From NCBI GenBank assembly GCA_963801355.1, contig CAWDEM010000008.1, forward strand, positions 864,001-928,000: a stretch of DNA of 64,000 bases, written 5' to 3'. Shown one piece after another: positions 1 to 7,946 of the stretch. A program made the translations under genes and the position numbers. Position 1 is the stretch's first letter; each line of letters starts with the position of its first letter. The DNA is from Ignavibacteriota bacterium (lineage in GTDB: Bacteria; Bacteroidota; Ignavibacteria; UBA10030; UBA6906). Below the pieces are notes generated by a model that was not told the DNA's origin, searched no databases, and saw only the letters and a program-made list of their open reading frames with translations.

Positions 1-370
1 TTTCACGAGGTAACTGGTTGTCTTTCCGAAGCTGCCGTACCCGCTCAATCGCTTTTGTGGCTTCTGCTTTGTCGGCATCCCCACGCGAGAGTGCTACCGC
101 CAATTCGCCATCGGCCTCTGCACGCAACAGCATTGATGCAGCCTGTTCCTGCTCGCCTTTCGCTGCAAGTGCTTTAGCTTTCTCCAACCCCTCCTTGGCA
201 AGTTGCAGATAGAGAGATGCGGTCGGAACAGTCGACGCACCAACCTCCTCAGCGGCACGGATCGCCGATGTGGTAGGCTCCTTGTTGAGCGCGGGGCTGC
301 TGCCGCAACCTGCGAGCAGCGCACCGAACAGAACACTTCCGGCCACTATGGCCACGGTCAGATGTTTCAT
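1..370 (-). CDS. DUF4398-family lipoprotein, 3' end runs off the window
   Basis: Not in the ORF track. Hand translation from ATG 370 (SD GGAGG at 376-380): MKHLTVAIVAGSVLFGALLAGCGSS..SAIRAAEEVGA..ASLYLQLAKE..LLRAEADGELAVALSR. Lipobox LAGC plus a helical DUF4398-like pattern. Confidence 0.75.
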   Translation of the reverse strand, partial: MKHLTVAIVAGSVLFGALLAGCGSSPALNKEPTTSAIRAAEEVGASTVPTASLYLQLAKEGLEKAKALAAKGEQEQAASMLLRAEADGELAVALSRGDADKAEATKAIERVRQLRKDNQLPRE

Positions 371-451
371 TGAAACCTCCTGTTGTGTTATTCTAAAACG
401 TGAGCTACAAACCCTCCTCTTTCGGTATGGGCTATCTCATGGTCGCGACAT

Positions 452-526
452 AGTGTACCGTTGATTGGAGCGCAATCCAATAGGCCGAAGGGATGATAAA
501 GTGCTTAATCCCTGGAAGGATAGAAA
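452..526 (-). promoter_or_regulatory. Promoter (-10 TACACT) with upstream operator-like motif, copy A
   Basis: The motif at 474-526 aligns with 3023-3074, and both lie the same distance (within 1 nt) from a -10 hexamer. Confidence 0.55.
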
Positions 527-570
527 GAAAGGAGTACTGACATTACGCGGAGACGGGAACGAGGCGGGGC

Positions 571-1224
571 TTAGGATTCCCCGTTTTCGAACGAGTGAGT
601 TGCTATCTGCAGGCGGCTGTGAAGCGCCAACTTCTCGAGGATATTATGCACGTGGCTTTTCACCGTGTAGGTCGAGAGGCTCAGTTGTTGGGCGATTTCC
701 TTGTTACTCATTCCCTCAGCAATGAGGATGATGATCTCACGTTCACGTCTTGTCATCCGCGTTGCCGAGGACAGTTTGACGTTCCCAAGTCGGACTGCAT
801 TCTCGACAATATGCGTGAACAGTGATCCCGTCAGCACGGGGGGAAGGATTCTTGTTCCTTTCGCGACGGATCGGATGGTTGCCAGGACCTCACCTATCGA
901 TGCGTCTTTAAGTATGAAGCCCAACGCACCGGCCTGGACCAACTCGACGATGTCCTGTTGCGACGGAATGAGACCCATCCCGATCACTTTGACCTCTGAC
1001 AATTCACGGAGCAGAGACTTTACAACATTGATACCGTTCGCACTCCGAAGCCCCAGGTCTAAGAGGACTATGTGCGGCTTCAGATTCCGCGCCTGCTCCA
1101 GGGTATCGTGATTGCCCACGGTTGATCCGACGACTCTGAGATCCGGCTGCTTGTCGATGAGCGACTTGATGCCATCGCGCAATATGCGATTGTCTTCGAT
1201 GAGCAGGATCTTTGTCTTCTTCAC
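571..1224 (-). CDS. NarL/LuxR-family response regulator (REC + HTH)
   Basis: ILLIED, IVLLDL, GFILKD receiver motifs; MTRREREIIILIAEGMSNKEIAQQLSLSTYTVKSHVHNILEKL LuxR HTH. Start is GTG 1224 or 1248. Confidence 0.93.
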   Translation of the reverse strand: MKKTKILLIEDNRILRDGIKSLIDKQPDLRVVGSTVGNHDTLEQARNLKPHIVLLDLGLRSANGINVVKSLLRELSEVKVIGMGLIPSQQDIVELVQAGALGFILKDASIGEVLATIRSVAKGTRILPPVLTGSLFTHIVENAVRLGNVKLSSATRMTRREREIIILIAEGMSNKEIAQQLSLSTYTVKSHVHNILEKLALHSRLQIATHSFENGES

Positions 1225-1275
1225 CCTAATAATCCCTGGATAATGCACGCGAAGATTTCATTCCCCTCATGTACT

Positions 1276-1304
1276 ATGGTACCCCAGTGAATTGTCATTT
1301 TCAA
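1276..1304 (-). promoter_or_regulatory. sigma70-type promoter of the regulator gene
   Basis: TTGAAA-17 nt-TACCAT on the minus strand. Confidence 0.55.
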
Positions 1305-1434
1305 GGGAATTCTTTTGATGACGGGCATTGGTCACATCAGTGTGAGCTGTTATATACCGCGGGGGTACATCAGAAGCGGCCACAGGAGAGGTTCATCACC
1401 CCGAACGCTGTTTATTCTTACTTCCTACGGATCC

Positions 1435-1596
1435 TCATCTGCTTCTTCCGTTACCACCGTCGTTCTGCCGGCGAAAGGCTACACCATCGCGAAGCGGTTG
1501 TTCTGGAACTTCGAGATCCAGCTTGTGCAAGCCCTTCTCAGAAACCGTGGAGCCCCGCGAAGGGTGGTTTGCTTCACACCCGTTCGCCTCAGACAT
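1435..1596 (-). CDS. Small hypothetical protein (53 aa)
   Basis: ATG preceded by GGAGG just downstream of a CsbD gene; MSEANGCEANHPSRG...; no recognisable motif. Confidence 0.3.
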   Translation of the reverse strand: MSEANGCEANHPSRGSTVSEKGLHKLDLEVPEQPLRDGVAFRRQNDGGNGRSR

Positions 1597-1619
1597 GTCC
1601 GCCTCCGTCTCCACAGAGT

Positions 1620-1952
1620 CTATCCGGCTCGTTTCGATCGTGCTCGTTTTCTGAGCGGTGTTCTTGAGCTTGCCGGTCGTCGCACAACATGTTTCTGTTT
1701 GTTCAGCGCTTTTTGGGAGGCAATCAACTTGTTGTTGGTCTTCTTCAACAGCGCGACAGTCTTCTTGAACTCATTAACCTGGAGTCTTGCGTCATCCTTC
1801 GCAATCCCGTACTTTTCCTGTAGCTTTCCCACAAGCTCTTCGTATTTGCCGGAAATTGCAGCCAGCTCGTCGTTCATCAGCTTTCCCCACTGGTGCATCG
1901 CTTTCCCCCGTCCCTGTTTCCATTGCCCTTCAATGCGATCCCAGCTCATCAC
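1620..1952 (-). CDS. CsbD-family protein with coiled-coil and basic C-terminal extension
   Basis: WDRIEGQWKQGRGKAMHQWGKLMNDEL..GKYEELVGKLQEKYG is the CsbD/YjbJ pattern; SD GAGGAGG. Confidence 0.88.
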   Translation of the reverse strand: MMSWDRIEGQWKQGRGKAMHQWGKLMNDELAAISGKYEELVGKLQEKYGIAKDDARLQVNEFKKTVALLKKTNNKLIASQKALNKQKHVVRRPASSRTPLRKRARSKRAG

Positions 1953-1967
1953 ATACCTCCTCTCGAT

Positions 1968-2246
1968 TTATGTATCCAGTCGCTGTGTTACAGGATGATC
2001 CCCGGTGAACAGCGTAACGTTTTGCGGCCATGCAATTCGCTCCGTTGTGTCGATTCCCTTCCAACGGTGCAGTTGAGTTTCGATAGCCGCTGCGGCATTG
2101 GTCTGGAAGTCGGAGATGTACTCTGCTTCAACCCGCTTCCTTTCGCTCTCTTCTTTCTCCCTGGTCTCGCGCCACATCGTACTTGATGCACTTCGCCAGA
2201 CGGGCAGAGCGGCAATCGCAGTGGTGATCGACACGATAGGTTTCAC
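1968..2246 (-). CDS. Hypothetical protein (92 aa)
   Basis: GTGA overlap with the upstream CsbD stop; fills the gap between the two CsbD genes. Confidence 0.5.
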   Translation of the reverse strand: MKPIVSITTAIAALPVWRSASSTMWRETREKEESERKRVEAEYISDFQTNAAAAIETQLHRWKGIDTTERIAWPQNVTLFTGDHPVTQRLDT

Positions 2247-2575
2247 GACGGCCTCTTTACTAAGTGGAATGTTTTCCTCACCGGCTTTCCGCTCACCGCG
2301 CGTTCTCTCCCCGCGTCTTTGTGCTCATGCAGGGATTTCTGCAACTGCATCAAACGGCTATTGGACTTCTTGAGGCGCCCGATCGTCTTCTTGAATTCTT
2401 TCACCTGCCGGCTCGCCTCTTCATTCACAATTCCGTATCTCTCCTGTAGCTTTCCCACGAGCTCCTCAAAGTGGCCCGCGATCGCAGCGAGGTCGTCGTT
2501 CATGACCTTTCCCCAATGGTGCATCGCCCTTCCTCTGCGCTGCTTCCACTCCCCCTCCATTTGATCCCAGTTCAT
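2243..2575 (-). CDS. Second CsbD-family protein, paralogue of 1620-1952
   Basis: MNWDQMEGEWKQRRGRAMHHWGKVMNDDL..LVGKLQERYG; ATG 2575 follows GAAGGA. The ORF-track start at 2866 is over-extended. Confidence 0.88.
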   Translation of the reverse strand: MNWDQMEGEWKQRRGRAMHHWGKVMNDDLAAIAGHFEELVGKLQERYGIVNEEASRQVKEFKKTIGRLKKSNSRLMQLQKSLHEHKDAGRERAVSGKPVRKTFHLVKRPS

Positions 2576-2591
2576 TGGTTTGTGTCCTTCT

Positions 2592-2954
2592 TCACTTTCT
2601 ATCGTTCGCGATTTCTGGTACCGTCGTCGGCATTCCATTGCTCGCACTGGTGGCACCGGAAGTTCTTGAGGCGTTTGCGCCGAGCACTTCCGCGAGCCTG
2701 GCTTCACGAACGGCAACGATGGCGATATGGCGCGCCTGTGACGATATGGGGTCTTTCCGGAAAGCTTCCTCTGCGAGAGCCAGTGTTTCCTGTGCCTTGC
2801 GCAAGTCGGCCGGCGCGAATTGTGTCGCGGGAGTCGCACTTGCGTGAGCGCAAGCCTGTCGCGCACTTATGAGCTCTGCCGGGGGCATGACCGTAGCGCA
2901 GCCAACCAGCATTCCTGCAAAGGCGATCATGAGGAGATGAGCGATGACTTTCAC
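2592..2954 (-). CDS. DUF4398-like lipoprotein without an OmpA domain
   Basis: Lipobox LVGC; PAELISARQA..APADLRKAQETLALAEEAF..AVREARLAE. Confidence 0.7.
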   Translation of the reverse strand: MKVIAHLLMIAFAGMLVGCATVMPPAELISARQACAHASATPATQFAPADLRKAQETLALAEEAFRKDPISSQARHIAIVAVREARLAEVLGANASRTSGATSASNGMPTTVPEIANDRK

Positions 2955-3000
2955 AGTTACATCCTTTCCCTTGGTGCGTCAGGAATTCTAACGCAATTGA

Positions 3001-3074
3001 AGTATACAGAACTGAGCTGCAGAATGAATCGGCTGAAAGGATGAAAGAGGAGCTAATCCCTTCGTGGAGAGAAT
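3001..3074 (-). promoter_or_regulatory. Promoter (TG-TATACT) with upstream operator-like motif, copy B
   Basis: Homologous to 452-526; -10 TATACT at 3001-3006. Confidence 0.55.
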
Positions 3075-3306
3075 TGTCTGTTTTTAGAGGGTCAAGGGAG
3101 ATGGGACGGAGACTGTGATGTGCGGGAAGGTTGAGGCTCGCAGGAAATTCAAGGAAGGGATGAAGAAGAGATATTGCGTGTGTTATGCGTATCCGGGAAG
3201 GGGGGTGGCCTCAAAGGGTGGCCGAAACAGGCAAATTTGAGCATTTCTGTCTTTTTTTTCAAAAACCGAGAATCTTTTTGGCGCAGTTATTGTTATATTA
3301 CGTGAG

Positions 3307-3471
3307 ATGAAAAAAGTACCCTACACAATTTGCCGTCAGTGCGGGCGGGATTTCCCCGGAAACCCGAGCATGCGCCGCTGCCCTACGTGCCGGAAGAAAG
3401 AGGCACAGTATCGCGCACAGCGTGAACGGATGAAGCGGAATCTGCCTTACTACCTCAAGACGGATATCTAG
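3307..3471 (+). CDS. Small zinc-ribbon protein (54 aa, CxxC-x12-CxxC)
   Basis: Hand translation: MKKVPYTICRQCGRDFPGNPSMRRCPTCRKKEAQYRAQRERMKRNLPYYLKTDI*. Extended -10 TGTTATATT (3291-3299) ends 7 nt upstream. Confidence 0.7.
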   Translation: MKKVPYTICRQCGRDFPGNPSMRRCPTCRKKEAQYRAQRERMKRNLPYYLKTDI

Positions 3472-3488
3472 GAGTCGTTGTCGCGACT

Positions 3489-4457
3489 TCACCGGCAGAG
3501 CTCGTGGTAACGCTCTAGAGCACCCGGCTCCCCGAGAGAAATACTCTTTCGTAGCGCAAGACAACCTTCACGGCTTTCACCCCGGAGAAGACGGCATTCG
3601 CCCAGCAGAAGCCAGGCACCTCCGTCAAGACTGTCTTCTCTTATCACCTTCTGCAGCGCGTCGACTGCTTCTCCGGTCCTCCCGCTCATCTTCAGCGACA
3701 AAGCTCTGTTAAACAGCAAGAACCCGCAGGAATCGCACTCTCGCAACGCCTCGGCGTAATCTCTGATCGCATCGTCATACCTCCCCATCCTGTGCAGCAG
3801 TCTCCCCCTTTCGTTGAGGACATACGGGTCATAGGGCGACATTCGCACGCACTTGTCAAGCAGTGCAAGCGCCGTCTCAGATTCTCCTCTCTCGTCCAGG
3901 AGAATTGCGTATTCCATCTTCGCCGTGACATCATATTCGTCCAGCCTGATGATGTTGACCAGATCCTGCCCCATGAGCATGCTCAGCACCGAGCGCAGAT
4001 TTCTCTTCACCGGTTCTTCAAGCCGCCCCACATCCGTCTCTTCGAGAAGCTCGCGCCTCAGCCGCAGGATCTTGAACCGCTCCCAGCGGAAGTCTGCATT
4101 GTGCGGATCCAGCTGAACCGCCCGTTCAAAGTCAGCTTGAGCGGATTCGATCTCACCCATTTCTCTCTCTGCGAGACCGCGGCTGAAATATGCCACAGGG
4201 GATTCGGCACGGAGGAGGATTAACCGGGTATACGCTTCCCGGGCCTCACGGTAGGCTCCACAGGACAACAAAGCGTCTCCCTCATCTTGAAGTAGCTCTT
4301 CCGCGCTGTGGCATCCCGCAAGAAGGAGAATTGCTGTGAAGAGAACGCCTACCCAGGAGATCCGGCGCCGGAGATTCCCGTCGCTCCACCTGCGGCAGAC
4401 GCTTACGGCAGAGACGGGAAGGTGACCGATATGGAGGTGCCCGACTCGCGCTCGCAC
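3489..4457 (-). CDS. TPR-repeat lipoprotein
   Basis: Lipobox LAGC and several TPR motifs (AYFSRGLA, LNERGRLL, LFNRALSL, AWLLLGEC); start uncertain. Confidence 0.8.
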   Translation of the reverse strand: MRARVGHLHIGHLPVSAVSVCRRWSDGNLRRRISWVGVLFTAILLLAGCHSAEELLQDEGDALLSCGAYREAREAYTRLILLRAESPVAYFSRGLAEREMGEIESAQADFERAVQLDPHNADFRWERFKILRLRRELLEETDVGRLEEPVKRNLRSVLSMLMGQDLVNIIRLDEYDVTAKMEYAILLDERGESETALALLDKCVRMSPYDPYVLNERGRLLHRMGRYDDAIRDYAEALRECDSCGFLLFNRALSLKMSGRTGEAVDALQKVIREDSLDGGAWLLLGECRLLRGESREGCLALRKSISLGEPGALERYHELCR

Positions 4458-5833
4458 TCGAGAGTCCCTTTCAGCTGCCTCGCAAGATGGTTCACGAGGT
4501 GAAAGCCGACAGACTTTGGGCGACGTGGGTCGATGTCCTTGCGCAATCCCACTCCCCCATCTGCAACGCGCAACATCACACCATCCTCTTTCATCCGACG
4601 GAATTCCACGGTAATTTCGCCGCGGGTTCCTTCGGCGTAGGCATGGCGAAGCGAGTTCTGGAGCAACTCTCGAAGCATCAGCAGCGTATGTGCGGTTCGT
4701 TCGGCGTCAAGCTCGCAGGGATCGGCTTCGACCCTGTAGGTCAGGCGGGATGTACGGTGCTGCTTGAAAAGGTCGGCGGTCAGTGTTTGCACATACCGTT
4801 CGATTCCGACGGGTTGCTTGCTGCTATAGATCATCTCATAGATATCCAGTATCGACTGGAGACGACTCTTGAGAGCGAACAGATCCATCGCGGCATCCCG
4901 GCTTTTGACCGAGGTAAGTATCTTCAGGATGGATGAGAGGTTGTGGGTGTACATGCGCAGGTGATTCCGCACCGTCTGGCCGATCGATGACTGCGCGGCG
5001 AGCATCGCCTGCGCGTGCTGCTCCGCCTGCTTCCGCTCGGTGATATCCTGTGCCGCACCCATAATCCGCACAATGTGCTTCTTCGTCTCATCCCAGAGCG
5101 GGTGTGCCTCGTCACGCCACCAGCGATGCTCCCCGACCTGCGAGACGATTCGGTATTCCGCGACACCCTGTTCGCCGGAGAGCAGATGCGCCAGCCGGTT
5201 TTTCACCACCGGCTTATCGTCGGGGTGCACGTGATGAGACAGATCGCTGAGCGCTTCCACAGACAGGCCGGTTTTCCGAAATTCGTCAGTCACCCAATCG
5301 GTCGCCATGGACCCGTCGGGGCGGACCGAGACCGAATAGGCAAAGCCCGGAGACATCTCGGCAATCGCCCGGTAACGTTGCTCGCTTTCGCGCAGGCGCC
5401 GGTCCATCTGGGCTCTGTAGAGTGCAATTTCGATGATCGTGCGCAGCTCCCGCTCCTCAAAAGGCTTCAGCACGTAGCCGAATGGCTCTGTCACCCGGGC
5501 ACGCTTGAGCGTGGCGTCATCGGAATAGGCGGTTGCGTACACGATCGGGATATCCGCGGCCTGGCGTATCTGCTCCGCCGCCTGGATACCGTCGATAGGG
5601 CCCTTCAGATGCACATCCATGAGGATCAGATCGGGATGAACATCCCTGGCCTTGCGTATCGCCTCCTCGCCCGTGGTGGACAGACCGACAACCCGATATC
5701 CCATGGTTGTGAGCCTGCGCTCGATATCCCGCGCCATAATGACGCCGTCTTCGACCACAAGAACGCGTGCCGAAGTGCCTGTGAGTGTTCCCCCCTTTTG
5801 GGAATCACCGGAATGGCTGGTCATACATGTCAA
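4403..5833 (-). CDS. REC-PAS-HisKA_2-type histidine kinase with degenerate H-box
   Basis: Receiver VLVVED/LILMD/VLKPF; PAS VHPDD..QDITERK; HATPase ELLQNSLRHA, VADGGVG, SVGFHLV. Confidence 0.85.
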   Translation of the reverse strand: MTCMTSHSGDSQKGGTLTGTSARVLVVEDGVIMARDIERRLTTMGYRVVGLSTTGEEAIRKARDVHPDLILMDVHLKGPIDGIQAAEQIRQAADIPIVYATAYSDDATLKRARVTEPFGYVLKPFEERELRTIIEIALYRAQMDRRLRESEQRYRAIAEMSPGFAYSVSVRPDGSMATDWVTDEFRKTGLSVEALSDLSHHVHPDDKPVVKNRLAHLLSGEQGVAEYRIVSQVGEHRWWRDEAHPLWDETKKHIVRIMGAAQDITERKQAEQHAQAMLAAQSSIGQTVRNHLRMYTHNLSSILKILTSVKSRDAAMDLFALKSRLQSILDIYEMIYSSKQPVGIERYVQTLTADLFKQHRTSRLTYRVEADPCELDAERTAHTLLMLRELLQNSLRHAYAEGTRGEITVEFRRMKEDGVMLRVADGGVGLRKDIDPRRPKSVGFHLVNHLARQLKGTLECERESGTSISVTFPSLP

Positions 5834-5878
5834 GTGGAGTGTGTGGGTAAACCGGAGAACTGGCGGTGACGCGTAGAT

Positions 5879-6202
5879 TCATTCATCCGCGCGGCGTCGG
5901 ATTTCAATTATTGTCGCCCGGTGCTCGCCAAACTTGCTGAAATACACCAGCACGGCGACCTGTTCGGTCGAACCCGGTTGATCGCCGGCAAGAGTGACTC
6001 TGGAATAGTGCCAGCGATCCTTTGCATCATAGGTATACAGCCCGGTGGGCTCTCCCAACAATTCACGCACTTCATCGCGGGTTTTGCCCTGCAGAGCCTT
6101 CAACTCCGGCTCCGTCCAGACCGATTCCGGGCGTTCTTTCTTGTCCGACGAGCACCCGGCGGCAAGGACAAGAACAGCAAAGAGCAGGAGAAACCGTCTC
6201 AT
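5879..6202 (-). CDS. SmpA/OmlA (BamE)-like lipoprotein
   Basis: MRRFLLLFAVLVLAAGC lipobox; GKTRDEVRELLGEP..WHY motif. Confidence 0.7.
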   Translation of the reverse strand: MRRFLLLFAVLVLAAGCSSDKKERPESVWTEPELKALQGKTRDEVRELLGEPTGLYTYDAKDRWHYSRVTLAGDQPGSTEQVAVLVYFSKFGEHRATIIEIRRRADE

Positions 6203-6226
6203 GAGGAATCCCCACAATGTACACTT

Positions 6227-6829
6227 TCAAGCCGGGGAAAGCAAATAGAGCGCATGCTCGTGTATGTAGTGCTCCACTTCCGGGGTCACCATCCAGTGGA
6301 TTGACCGTCCCTCGCAGACCCTCCTCCTGATGTCTCGCGAGGCTATGCCGATCTCCGGGACTGCGCAAAGCTGCATCCGCCCTGCAAAAGGGGTATTCCG
6401 CTCCGGAGTCTTGTATCCGGGACGTGTCATTACTACGACACGCGCGATCCTGAGTATCTCCTCCGGGTCCTTCCAGGTGCCAAAATCGGCCACATTGTCC
6501 ATCCCGATGATAAGCGTCAGATCCACGCCCGGGTGCTCGCGCTGAAGTACCTGGAGGGTCTTGATGGTGTACGATACTCCTCCCCTTTTCACCTCCAGGT
6601 CGGAGACTTCCATCTGCGGCACACCGGCCACGGCGAGGCGCACCATGGCAAGCCGGTGCTCCGGGTCCGTGAGCACCCGGTCGCGCTTGTGTGGCGAAGT
6701 TGCCGAAGGGACCAGGATGATCCGGTCGAGACCGAGCGATTCGCGGACCTGCGAGACCACGAGCAGATGCCCGATGTGCGGCGGGTCGAACGTGCCGCCA
6801 AAAACACCGAATGAAGGATGAATAGACGT
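6227..6829 (-). CDS. nadD: Nicotinate-nucleotide adenylyltransferase; start codon non-canonical or uncertain
   Basis: FGVFGGTFDPPHIGH reads in frame upstream of GTG 6760; SYTIKTL, IIGMD, W, IASRDIR. In-frame TAG at 6845-6847 with no ATG/GTG/TTG in between. Confidence 0.88.
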   Translation of the reverse strand, partial: TSIHPSFGVFGGTFDPPHIGHLLVVSQVRESLGLDRIILVPSATSPHKRDRVLTDPEHRLAMVRLAVAGVPQMEVSDLEVKRGGVSYTIKTLQVLQREHPGVDLTLIIGMDNVADFGTWKDPEEILRIARVVVMTRPGYKTPERNTPFAGRMQLCAVPEIGIASRDIRRRVCEGRSIHWMVTPEVEHYIHEHALYLLSPA

Positions 6830-6863
6830 TGAGATTCCTTCGCGCTACTGGGCCGAAGCGTCA

Positions 6864-6962
6864 AGATTGCTTCGCCCTTCGGGCTCGCAATGACTAGAGT
6901 CAGCGGGCTCGCAATGACAAGCGGAGCCGGTCCCGCAAGGACTAGAGGAGCGGGCCCGCAAC
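6864..6962. repeat. REP-like palindrome (AGATTGCTTCG..CTCGCAATGAC) merged with a degenerate 24-nt tandem repeat
   Basis: cgggctcgcaatgactagag / cgggctcgcaatgacaagcg / cggtcccgcaaggactagag / cgggcccgcaac; overlaps the GT2 stop codon. Confidence 0.7.
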
Positions 6963-7946
6963 TTCGTACTTCAGACAGCCCTTCACCAGCGCAACGAGAT
7001 ACACAAACGGAAGAGCCGTAAAGCCGGCGGTTTCCTTGAACACATAGAGACGCAAACACCGGAGCCCCTGGTACTTGTAGCGAAAGAGCCATCCGCACAG
7101 GAACACGATTCCGGTTCCCGCCAGGGCGACCGGCAGCGATCCTGCCAGCAAACCTCCCAGCATCGTAATCAGTGCAACTAAATCCACTAAAGCAACAAAG
7201 TGCTGCGGACGGTGTATCACCAATGGTCCCAACGACTTTACCTCGATCGATTTACGGTATCGTTTGGGATGGCGCTTGTAAAGAAGCGCATCAAAGAAAT
7301 ACCGTCTTGCATGGCGGAAGCACTCGGCCATCGACTGGAACTGAAGGGGGTGAACCACCAGAAGGTCCTTATCGTAGAACATCCGTGCTCCGGCGTCGAG
7401 GAGGCGGAAGCCGAGATCCGAATCCTCCCTGAAATAGAGCTTTTCATTCCGGTCAAAGAACGCAGCGCTGTATCCGCCCGTGGCCAGGTAGAGGTCTCGC
7501 CTGATAAATAGGTTGCAGGGAATGAAGGAGACTCTGCCCGGATCTTCAAACTGACGCACGCTTGCGTGGGACCCCGGATAGCCGGTGTGTCCTTCGAGTA
7601 CGTCCAACTCCCCGTCTTCCAACGTCTTGTGGGCTTGCTCAAGCCATGTTCGTGACGGGGTAACGTCGTCTTCGGTAAAAGCCAGGAACCGGCCGCGTGC
7701 CAACGCAGCAGCGGCGTTCCTTGCCCGGCCGGCCCCCCCGTTTTGAAGCTCCAGAACCGTTAACGCGAATGGGAATGAGAGCGACCGCAAGTACTCCGCC
7801 GTCCGGTCGGTTGAGCCGTCCACAGCGACAATCACCTCGAGATCTCTCCAGTCAAATGTTTGTCCTGCAAGAGCTTCCAGGCAATGTCTCGCACCTTCCT
7901 TCCGATTGTATGTAGGCATGATGACCGTAAAGAACGGAGTGCTCAT
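6942..7946 (-). CDS. Glycosyltransferase family 2 with C-terminal TM helices
   Basis: TVIMPTYNR, VAVDGSTD, GAGRARN, AFTEDD, EDSDLGFR. Confidence 0.9.
   Translation of the reverse strand: MSTPFFTVIMPTYNRKEGARHCLEALAGQTFDWRDLEVIVAVDGSTDRTAEYLRSLSFPFALTVLELQNGGAGRARNAAAALARGRFLAFTEDDVTPSRTWLEQAHKTLEDGELDVLEGHTGYPGSHASVRQFEDPGRVSFIPCNLFIRRDLYLATGGYSAAFFDRNEKLYFREDSDLGFRLLDAGARMFYDKDLLVVHPLQFQSMAECFRHARRYFFDALLYKRHPKRYRKSIEVKSLGPLVIHRPQHFVALVDLVALITMLGGLLAGSLPVALAGTGIVFLCGWLFRYKYQGLRCLRLYVFKETAGFTALPFVYLVALVKGCLKYEVAGPLL

Noticed and set aside
2576-2866. N-terminal extensions in the ORF track (also starts at 11894, 13611, 15154, 15948, 38524, 45537, 52254, 55640)
   Set aside because: They overlap upstream genes or promoters. 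Downstream starts with an SD or stop-start coupling fit the families better.
6589-7098. 169-aa ORF with GPAPLVIA repeats
   Set aside because: It overlaps the GT2 and nadD genes out of frame, and the peptide repeat just reflects the 24-nt DNA repeat.
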